Shown piece by piece: positions 37,854 to 45,467 of a DNA stretch of 64,000 nt. Below the pieces are notes generated by a model. It made no database searches, was not told the DNA's origin, and was given only the letters and a program-made list of their open reading frames with translations. Each line of letters starts with the position of its first letter. Within the stretch, counting starts at the first letter, position 1. Origin of the DNA: an uncultured Clostridia bacterium (GTDB taxonomy: Bacteria > Bacillota > Clostridia > Oscillospirales > CAG-382); assembly GCA_944375955.1 (NCBI GenBank), contig CALWBE010000027.1:28227-92226 (forward strand), given 5' to 3'. The position numbers and the translations under genes were made by a program.

Positions 37854-38232
37854 GTATAATCCTCCAGAACTTTTGAAGTATATTAAAGAAGCAAATGAAA
37901 GGATGAAAATATATGCTCAGATAGAAACAAAGCTTGGGTTTGATAATATAGATGATATACTTAATACTGAAGGTGTAGACGGTATTTTTATAGGACCTAA
38001 TGATTTGGCAGCTGATTTAAATTGCATAGGAGATAAAAATATAATTTTGTCATATCTGGAAAAGGCGGGAACAGCTGCGAAAAAAGCCGGTAAGCCTTGG
38101 GGAATAATTACTACGGATAAAGAGTTTACGGAACATTCTAAAAAATATGGATTAGGCATGATATCTTATGGCAACGAGATAAACATGCTGAAAAATGAAA
38201 GTGAAAGAATAAAGGAGATGTTACAATGGTAA
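37771..38232 (+). pseudogene. HpcH/HpaI aldolase family fragment (C-terminal about 60 percent only)
   Basis: AKYLPVGKRGIS...IYAQIETKLGFDNIDDILNTEGVDGIFIGPNDLAADL matches the central and C-terminal part of HpcH/HpaI (class II) aldolases. The roughly 100 N-terminal residues are missing, and no plausible start or RBS exists. Confidence 0.65.
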
Positions 38233-39263
38233 AAAACATAACAATAAAGCAGATATGCAGCTCCAGCTTATGCTGTGAGCCGATCTTAAGAAAAACTGCA
38301 AACGGAGATCTTCTGTGCATTTGCCAGCTTGACGGACCTTACGAACCGCATATTGAAAACAGAGTATATGCTTTTCATAGCAGCGATAACGGAGTTACAT
38401 GGTCTAACAGCGGGAAGATATATCCCGAGGATGGACAGGCGGTTTATTGCACTGAAGTATCTGTTTCTGGAAATGAAATATCGGCATATATCACTGTTCA
38501 TAGCGGCAGTTTTCTTGATTGGAAATGTTTTGTTATGAAAAGTTTTGACAATGGATATAAGTGGATAAATGCAGGTACGCCGCCATGTTTGCCCGAATAT
38601 ACATTTATTAGAGGAAGAATTGTCGCTGCAAACGGAAATATAATTATACCTTATCAGAATTATCCGGTAACAAGGGAAGAACATGACAGAATATTGCGTG
38701 AGGAGACTGATAAAGCTGTATTTGTGAATACAAAAACAGAGTACTGTGAAAGTGGAGTTATTTTGAGCTGTGACGGTGGAAAGACATATGAAAGATATCC
38801 TGCCTGTCGTATGGATATGTCAGACGGATGGATATGGTCTGAGCCGACAATTGCAGAGCTTTCTGACGGAACGATAGTAATGTTAATGAGAAAGTGCAGA
38901 AGCGGATGGCTGTGGCGGTGCGATTCATATGACGGAGGAAAAAGTTGGAGCGAATGCCGGAAGACCGATATTCCCAATCCTTCAAATAAACCCAAATTGA
39001 TTAAAATCGATGAAAAACGGATAGCTTTGCTGAATACGCCTAATAACTATGGAATGGCGGAAAACAAATCAACATGGGGGCAGAGATATCCGCTTGAGCT
39101 GTGGATAAGCGATGACGGTATGAAAACCTGGGGCAGCAAGACGGTACTTACAGATTTCCCGGGAAGTTATTCATATTCTGATGGTTTTTATGAAGACGGT
39201 CATATAAAATTCAGTATTGAACATAACAGACATACGGCACTGTTATTTGATGTTGAATTATAA
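38226..39263 (+). CDS. BNR/Asp-box repeat beta-propeller protein (sialidase-like fold), cytoplasmic
   Basis: 345 aa with no signal peptide. Five Asp-boxes: SSDNGVTW, SFDNGYKW, SCDGGKTY, SYDGGKSW, SDDGMKTW. AAGGAG RBS. It overlaps the aldolase fragment end by 7 nt. Confidence 0.8.
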   Translation: MVKNITIKQICSSSLCCEPILRKTANGDLLCICQLDGPYEPHIENRVYAFHSSDNGVTWSNSGKIYPEDGQAVYCTEVSVSGNEISAYITVHSGSFLDWKCFVMKSFDNGYKWINAGTPPCLPEYTFIRGRIVAANGNIIIPYQNYPVTREEHDRILREETDKAVFVNTKTEYCESGVILSCDGGKTYERYPACRMDMSDGWIWSEPTIAELSDGTIVMLMRKCRSGWLWRCDSYDGGKSWSECRKTDIPNPSNKPKLIKIDEKRIALLNTPNNYGMAENKSTWGQRYPLELWISDDGMKTWGSKTVLTDFPGSYSYSDGFYEDGHIKFSIEHNRHTALLFDVEL

Positions 39264-39300
39264 TAATATAATTCATAGAATATTTGAAATCAAGCGTAAC

Positions 39301-39349
39301 AAAAAATCCCTTGATATCAAAACATTTAGTTTTGTATCAAGGGATTTTT
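39301..39349. terminator. Bidirectional terminator between convergent genes
   Basis: ATCCCTTGATA / TATCAAGGGAT, an 11-bp perfect stem (39306-39345), flanked by AAAAA and TTTT. Confidence 0.8.
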
Positions 39350-39374
39350 CATTAGAATTTACTGTTTATAAATA

Positions 39375-40274
39375 TTATTTATATTTAAACTGCTGTGAAG
39401 CATATCCGCAAGAGCGGCAAAGAGCCTCACATTCTTTTTTGCCTTGAAAAGAGCTTATGATATCCAATGCGCGCTTTGATGAAAGTATTTTTTCAAGATC
39501 ATTTTCGAAGATATTACCTAAAGACATGACTCCGTCGGCGTCAAGACAACAAGGAACGACTGTACCGTCGCACAGTATTCCTATCTGATCTCTGATTGCA
39601 TAACAAAAAGTAGGACCGGCATTAAATTTGCCGGTGTTTTTTTGATTTGGCCACTTAAATTTTTTTCCGAATTCAAGATACACTTCTTTTTCCCCGAGCG
39701 GGGCATTAAAAAGCTTAAAACCGGAACGGTTTTTAATCCAGCCATCAGGGAAAAGCATATGAAGCTTTTCAAGAAAAATATCATTTTTTTTATCTTTATC
39801 TTCTTCTATGTTCCACAATCGTAAAACGCATATTACGTTTGTATCTGAACACTTTTTCGCAAAGTCCGCTGCGTTTTTAATATATTTTTCAAATTTTTCT
39901 CCGGTTATCTGAGAGGGAGCGGATTCTATAATATCTGCTGCCTGAAGCGAGATGCTTACTTTTTTTATATCTCCTGTTTTGTATATAAAATCTCCTTTTT
40001 CCTGCAATAAAGTCCCATTTGTTGTAAGCATAACCTCAAATCCGCAAAGACGCGCAGCATGAGCCATTTCTGGCAAGGCTTCATTAAGCAGAGGTTCGCC
40101 CATGAGATGAAGATATAAATATTTTGCCTTACCCTTTATTTTGCCGAGTATAGTTAAAAACTCCGCATATGTCATAAAGCGTTTTTCACGGCTTGTCCCA
40201 TGGCAGAAAGAACACGAAAGGTTGCATACGTTATTTGTCTCAAGATATATTTTTGTAAGTTGGTTTTTATTCAT
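39375..40274 (-). CDS. Radical SAM protein with C-terminal Cys-rich SPASM/twitch-like domain
   Basis: 299 aa. YLETNNVCNLSCSFCHG radical-SAM triad. The C-terminal cysteines are CYAIRDQIGILCDGTVVPCC...ECEALCRSCGY. The start codon overlaps the stop of the upstream PduB-like gene (ATGA). Confidence 0.82.
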   Translation of the reverse strand: MNKNQLTKIYLETNNVCNLSCSFCHGTSREKRFMTYAEFLTILGKIKGKAKYLYLHLMGEPLLNEALPEMAHAARLCGFEVMLTTNGTLLQEKGDFIYKTGDIKKVSISLQAADIIESAPSQITGEKFEKYIKNAADFAKKCSDTNVICVLRLWNIEEDKDKKNDIFLEKLHMLFPDGWIKNRSGFKLFNAPLGEKEVYLEFGKKFKWPNQKNTGKFNAGPTFCYAIRDQIGILCDGTVVPCCLDADGVMSLGNIFENDLEKILSSKRALDIISSFQGKKECEALCRSCGYASQQFKYK

Positions 40275-40987
40275 TTTATATATGACGTACCCGGAGATTT
40301 TGGTATGCTTCCAAGTGCCGTTAGCATTTCCATACCGATTCTGCGGGCTGAGATTACAGCTTCTTTTACACTGTCAGTTTCTCCTGCAAATGCAATTATA
40401 ACTTCATTTGAAAAGCTTGTGCCGTTTTTAGGAGACATATATTTTAAAAGTTTTACCGGAAATTCTTTCATAATACGGTCAGCAAGTACAAAACCTATTG
40501 CGGCAGGGGAAGCGGCGGCAAAGCCGAAAGCTTTATTTTCGGGAGCGCCAAATGCTTTTTTTAATGCTTGTCCGGCACTGGATGAAAAAGCAAATTCAAG
40601 ATGACCGGCATCGCTTATATATACTTCTCCGGCATTTTTCTCGGTGAGCTGCAAAGAAATTTCAACCGCGCGCCGAGTATCGGAAACCGTTTCTCCGCCT
40701 ATTACTATAAAATTTCCATGACCGCCCCAGCCTTTGGTATCGCGTGGAAGTTCTATAGATATTATTTCTGTGTCAGTTGACTTTACAGCTTCATCTGCGG
40801 CAATTATCTGCCCTGCAGCGCCTGTTCGTGAGGAAATAAGTCCGACCGCCGAAATATTTTCGGGTATACCGGCAGCTTTTTTAAGTTCACTTTCAACAGA
40901 GGGAATAATAAGACCGATCGTATCAAGAAGTGTAACGCCGACAAATTCGGGCTGAGAGCATTTGCCGAAAAGCGTTTCGTCAATCAT
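40271..40987 (-). CDS. PduB/EutL-type tandem-BMC-domain (BMC-T) shell protein homologue, orphan
   Basis: 238 aa. It is collinear with PduB as I remember it: EFVGVTLLDTIGLII, LISSRTGAAGQIIAADEAVKSTDTEIISIELPRDTKGWGGHG, AGHLEFAF, KAFGAP, GTSFSNEVII, SARRIG...LGS.PK...SYI. GGAGGG RBS. Confidence 0.8.
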   Translation of the reverse strand: MIDETLFGKCSQPEFVGVTLLDTIGLIIPSVESELKKAAGIPENISAVGLISSRTGAAGQIIAADEAVKSTDTEIISIELPRDTKGWGGHGNFIVIGGETVSDTRRAVEISLQLTEKNAGEVYISDAGHLEFAFSSSAGQALKKAFGAPENKAFGFAAASPAAIGFVLADRIMKEFPVKLLKYMSPKNGTSFSNEVIIAFAGETDSVKEAVISARRIGMEMLTALGSIPKSPGTSYIK

Positions 40988-41057
40988 TTTAATTCCCTCC
41001 GTTAAAGAAAATTATCTTATTAAGTATACCATAAAACTGTCATTTTGTAAAGATGTG

Positions 41058-42059
41058 TTATCTCATTCCTATAGAAGCAAGATATTCATCCATTCTTTTA
41101 TTTGAACCGGAAGGATCGCTGAAACGATAATCTTTAGGAAGATTAGACAGTTCGTAAGAAAGACCTTCCTTTAGGGTCTTAAAATTTTCTTGCTTCAAAC
41201 CGGCTACATCAAGAATTTTTGAATTGTCTATAATTCGGTTAAACAATCTGTCATATTCAAGTTGCCATACAGTATGCATATTTCCGGGCATTATTATATC
41301 AGTATATATTTTTTTATCTGTAAAAATATATTTCAATCCTATGATCTCTGAATAATATTCAGCAATTTCTCGCCAGCTGTGATGCTCTGAAGTTGAAAAT
41401 GTAAAACTTTCACAGTATGCGCGAGGATTTAAAATTATGCCTGCAAACATTTTGGCGACATCTCCTGCCCATGTCATTGTGCCCTGTATATCGGCAGCTT
41501 CTTTAGGAAGCACTACGGTTTTTCCTTCGCGTGCACGGTTTATAACGCACGGCGCCTCAAGTGTTACAAGCTGATAGCGCTTTTTTGAATAAGTTATTGC
41601 GGGACGTACAATAGTCCAATTTTTATATTCTGAGTTTTTAAGAATATCTTCACCGCGGGCTTTGTAAAGAGCATAATCCTCTGTAGCAAGAAATTCACGG
41701 TCGTTTGAAACGTCTAAAAGACGAGGAGAATTTTCGGTTATAGGATAATTCCCGGCATATATGCGGTATGATGACAGATAGATATAGTGCTGTGTAGATT
41801 CAAGAAATATTTTGTACCTTTCGCGGAATTCTTCAGTACTATAAATGAGAAAGTCAATAATTGCATCATATTTTTCATCAAGTATTTTTTTCAGCGTGTC
41901 AATATTTTTCATATCCGCTTTTATATATTTTGGATTGTCTGATGTTGCATCAACATCATCAAGAGAGGGGACAACGACAGAATAACCGCGGTTTACAAGT
42001 TCGGGAACGACATAAACTCCCATGGCGCCGGTACCGCCGATGACAAGAACTTTTTTCAT
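41058..42059 (-). CDS. NAD(P)-dependent epimerase/dehydratase-type (extended SDR/NmrA-like) protein
   Basis: Rossmann motif KKVLVIGGTGAMGVYVV. Start set to ATG 42059 (AAGGTG 9 nt upstream) rather than the GTG at 42071, which lies inside that RBS. Confidence 0.75.
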   Translation of the reverse strand: MKKVLVIGGTGAMGVYVVPELVNRGYSVVVPSLDDVDATSDNPKYIKADMKNIDTLKKILDEKYDAIIDFLIYSTEEFRERYKIFLESTQHYIYLSSYRIYAGNYPITENSPRLLDVSNDREFLATEDYALYKARGEDILKNSEYKNWTIVRPAITYSKKRYQLVTLEAPCVINRAREGKTVVLPKEAADIQGTMTWAGDVAKMFAGIILNPRAYCESFTFSTSEHHSWREIAEYYSEIIGLKYIFTDKKIYTDIIMPGNMHTVWQLEYDRLFNRIIDNSKILDVAGLKQENFKTLKEGLSYELSNLPKDYRFSDPSGSNKRMDEYLASIGMR

Positions 42060-42234
42060 GTTATTATTCACCTTTCATAAAATATTAAATAGTTTATTTC
42101 AAATATTCGCGGGATCGACGAAAGTATATCATTTAAAAATAAATAAGTAAAGTATTTTAGACAAATAAAAACGTTTATTATAAAAAATAATCGTTTATTG
42201 TAAATATATTATAGATTTTTAAAAGAAAAAAGTT

Positions 42235-42996
42235 TTAACTTAAACTTTCATTTTTAAATTTACCGGGCGTATATCCGGTTTCTTTTTTAAAACGATTAGA
42301 AAAATATTTTTGATCTGAAAATCCGCACATATAAGCGACTTCGGAAACAGTGTAGTATCCGGAGCGCAAAAGGTCGCATGCACGTGAAATTCGAAGTTTT
42401 GAAATATATTTTGACGGGCTTATATTAAAATGGCTCTTAAATATACGCCTGAAATAAACCTCGCTTACATTTGAAGCGTCAGCAGCATCTTTAATACGGA
42501 AAAAGGTATCGGCGAAATTTTCTTTTATAAGTTCAGTCCCTTTTAGTATGTTTTTGGGTATTTCAGACATGTTGTCATCATATGCTGATGTCAAATAGAG
42601 AATCTTATAAAAAACAGAAAGAGCTTGAGTGCGGTATCCGCATTCTTTTTTTTCCCAAATATCGAATAATTTTAAAAACAGACCGTCAAATAGTATTTTA
42701 TCATTGCAGTTAAGAAGTTTAATACCGTCAGTTTTTCTGCCGCCGACTGTATCAAAATGAACGGCTATTATTTCATCATAATTTGTTTCCTGAGAGTATT
42801 TTGTGTTGTTTCCTATAAGAACAGCAGAATGTTCCCTAACTGTAAACTTGTTATTTTTGTATTCAAATATTGTATTTCCCCTAAGTCTGTACCCAACGCA
42901 TAAAAAGCCTCTTGGCTCTGTTGAAAATTTTGATTTTTCACGTTTTGCTTTAAATACGCCTTTTATTATGATTGGTTCACCGTCTTCAAGTATCAT
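42235..42996 (-). CDS. AraC family transcriptional regulator (divergent from the GH13 gene)
   Basis: C-terminal AraC HTH (NVSEVYFRRIFKSHFNISPSKYISKLRISRACDLL...GFSDQKYFSNRFKKETGYTPGKF). Start set to ATG 42996 (AAGGTG RBS). Confidence 0.85.
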   Translation of the reverse strand: MILEDGEPIIIKGVFKAKREKSKFSTEPRGFLCVGYRLRGNTIFEYKNNKFTVREHSAVLIGNNTKYSQETNYDEIIAVHFDTVGGRKTDGIKLLNCNDKILFDGLFLKLFDIWEKKECGYRTQALSVFYKILYLTSAYDDNMSEIPKNILKGTELIKENFADTFFRIKDAADASNVSEVYFRRIFKSHFNISPSKYISKLRISRACDLLRSGYYTVSEVAYMCGFSDQKYFSNRFKKETGYTPGKFKNESLS

Positions 42997-43196
42997 TTTT
43001 TCACCTTTTAACAAAGTATAAAAATTCAAAATATATAAAAGTCTTTAGTTTATAGAATTTTAGCATACGAAATTATGGGTGTCAAGTTTCGGTTTTTAAA
43101 CTTTTTGTATCAAAATAAGGGTTGATTCAGCGGATTTAGGTTGTTATTATAATTTTGTGAAGAATATTAAAAGAAAAAAATGGAGAGATTTTCTGT

Positions 43197-44615
43197 ATGC
43201 ATATTAATACTAAAATAACTAATTCTAAAACAGCATTTTTGAATAAGTCGGTTATTTATCAGCTGTTTCTTCGCGCGTTTACTCAGGATGGTACATTTAA
43301 TTCCGCTTCGAAAATGCTGCCATATTTAAGAGAACTTGGTGTAGATATACTTTATTTATGCCCGTGTTTTTCCGCTGACGACGATGAGAATCAAGAATAC
43401 TGGAGTCCTAGACAAAAACTTGCAAATACAAACAATCCAAAGAATCCATATCGTATAAAGGATTATTACTCAATAGATGAGGAATACGGCACAGAGGAAG
43501 ATTTTGCGAATTTTGTTGAGAAGGCTCATGATTACGGTTTCCGTGTTATTCTTGATCTTGTATATTTTCATTGCGGTCCTAAAGCGGTATTTATAGATAC
43601 ACATTCTGATTTTGTAGTACGTGATGAAAAAGGAAACATAGAAACAGGCGCGTGGCTGTTTCCGAAACTTAATTATGAATCATCGGAACTGCGCGAATAT
43701 TTATGGAAAAACATGTGTTACTATGTTGAAAAATTCGGAATAGACGGTTACCGCTGTGATGTAGGGGATGCCGTTCCTTTGGATTTTTGGGAAGAGGGAA
43801 GGCGAAGACTGGAAAAAATAAAACCCGATATATTTATGCTGAATGAAGGAGGAAACCCAGCAAGTCTTAAAAACGCATTCGACATAAATTATGACTTTGA
43901 ATGGCCAGAAGTTTTGTTTAACAGCATGATGTCAGGCAGGATACATAGCTGTAACGACGAGAAGACAAAAGCTGAGAAAGAATATACCGCAAAAAGTGTG
44001 CCGGAATACTGGAATAAATGCGTCAAAAGATATAGTGACGAAGGAGCGGATACATTTGCAGTAGTGCGATTTGCCGATAATCATGATTATGCAAACGATG
44101 CATATGATAATCGAAAAGACGCGATAGCGCCTCCTAATGTAATGACGGCAATGCTTGCTTTTTGCATTTTACTTGACGGGGTGCCGTTTATTTATAACGG
44201 AGTTGAAATACGAGACCGCGCCCGGCATAGTATTTTTTCGGGTGCAAATTATGGCAGATTTTGTATTGACTGGTCAGAGTTATTGACTGGTGAAGGCAAA
44301 AAAAGGTTTGAATCGATAAAAAGGCTTATAGATATACGTCATAGATATGAAGAAACTTCAGAAGGCGAAACATATTGGCTTAAAGTTTCAGATGAGAAAA
44401 GCATGTGTGCATTTGAGCGGAGATTAGGAAATTACAGTACTGTAGTTTACGCGAATTTTACGGAAAAAAGTTTAAATGCTGAAATAGAATGCGGCAATGC
44501 TTTAAAAATTGAGAGGCTTTTTATAAACGACAGTGACTGTATCTATGATAAAGGAATATTAAAATGTTCGATTTTACCGTATGGCTGCGGAGCTGTAAGG
44601 ATTAAGCGTGATTGA
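43197..44615 (+). CDS. Glycoside hydrolase family 13 (alpha-amylase family) enzyme, cytoplasmic
   Basis: 472 aa with no signal peptide. GH13 conserved regions: VILDLVYFH (I), GIDGYRCDVGD (II), FMLNEG (III), FADNHD (IV). Confidence 0.85.
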   Translation: MHINTKITNSKTAFLNKSVIYQLFLRAFTQDGTFNSASKMLPYLRELGVDILYLCPCFSADDDENQEYWSPRQKLANTNNPKNPYRIKDYYSIDEEYGTEEDFANFVEKAHDYGFRVILDLVYFHCGPKAVFIDTHSDFVVRDEKGNIETGAWLFPKLNYESSELREYLWKNMCYYVEKFGIDGYRCDVGDAVPLDFWEEGRRRLEKIKPDIFMLNEGGNPASLKNAFDINYDFEWPEVLFNSMMSGRIHSCNDEKTKAEKEYTAKSVPEYWNKCVKRYSDEGADTFAVVRFADNHDYANDAYDNRKDAIAPPNVMTAMLAFCILLDGVPFIYNGVEIRDRARHSIFSGANYGRFCIDWSELLTGEGKKRFESIKRLIDIRHRYEETSEGETYWLKVSDEKSMCAFERRLGNYSTVVYANFTEKSLNAEIECGNALKIERLFINDSDCIYDKGILKCSILPYGCGAVRIKRD

Positions 44616-44644
44616 CGCGATTTTATAATAATGAAAAATAAAAA

Positions 44645-44680
44645 AGCCGTAAGAAAAATTACTGTTTTCTTACGGCTTTT
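44645..44680. terminator. Bidirectional terminator between GH13 and lemA
   Basis: AGCCGTAAGAAAA / TTTTCTTACGGCT, a 13-bp perfect stem with flanking A and T runs. Confidence 0.8.
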
Positions 44681-44771
44681 AAAGTTATTTACTGCGCTAT
44701 ATACCATATGCCTTAATAAAAACATAAGCTTTGATAAAAAATTAAACAGTATATATAATTATTTTTATTTT

Positions 44772-45440
44772 TTAAAAAAATACGCCTTTTGCTTGTTCTT
44801 TAATATCCTGCGAAGTTGCAAACGGAATTCGAGTGGTATATCCGTTTTTGGCTGCCACGATCTTTTTTGTCGGCCATGCAAAAATGTCTTTGTTCCATTC
44901 GGTTATTGTATCGTTATAAAGTTCTCGTGCAGCTGTGATTTCTCTTTGAAGATACATGTTTTGCTGCATTGCATCTGCAATTTCGGCGTGAGCTTTTAAA
45001 TCAGGATAATTTTCAACCGCAACATTTATGTCTCTTGAAACTGTTTCAATCTTGTCGCCGATTTCATTTCGTGCTGTGTCAGAATCAGCATTATTTCCCG
45101 ATCTGTATTTTGCTATATTTTCGAGTGTGCTTTTATCAAGGTCTATCGCCTTGTCCAAAAGACGGGCGCAGTTTTGCAGAACCATTACTCTTTGTTCAAG
45201 ATAGTTGTCTATCTGAGAAGCATTTCTCTGTATTTTTTGCTGCAGCTGATCAAAGTGTTTTTGAGCGTTAATTTTCATAAAAAGAAATATAACCCCTGGA
45301 AAAATTCCTAATACCCATAAGATTATTTGAAATAAAGTTGAGCCAAATCCTACTTCAGCAGGTATCTTTTTAACGATTACATTTGTTTCCAAGCCTTCTT
45401 CTCTGACCTCGGGATTAAGCTCGTCTAATTGATTAGCCAT
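44772..45440 (-). CDS. lemA: LemA family membrane protein
   Basis: 222 aa. One N-proximal TM helix, then the LemA helical body (...RVMVLQNCARLLDKA..., ELYNDTITEWNKDIFAWPTKKIVAAKNGY). Strong AAGGAG RBS. Confidence 0.85.
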   Translation of the reverse strand: MANQLDELNPEVREEGLETNVIVKKIPAEVGFGSTLFQIILWVLGIFPGVIFLFMKINAQKHFDQLQQKIQRNASQIDNYLEQRVMVLQNCARLLDKAIDLDKSTLENIAKYRSGNNADSDTARNEIGDKIETVSRDINVAVENYPDLKAHAEIADAMQQNMYLQREITAARELYNDTITEWNKDIFAWPTKKIVAAKNGYTTRIPFATSQDIKEQAKGVFF

Positions 45441-45467
45441 TTTTTATCTCCTTATTATTTATAAATT

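Noticed and set aside
40200-40604. 134-aa plus-strand ORF
   Set aside because: It is antisense to the PduB-like gene and the rSAM start. Its composition is a mirror of the Ala/Gly-rich coding strand.
33470-44615. A complete glycyl-radical-enzyme microcompartment (GRM) locus
   Set aside because: A GRE, an activase and one PduB-like shell homologue are present. No BMC-H (about 90-100 aa) gene, BMC-P (EutN/CcmL) gene, aldehyde dehydrogenase or phosphotransacylase is found in the window. Calling it a BMC locus would be unsupported.
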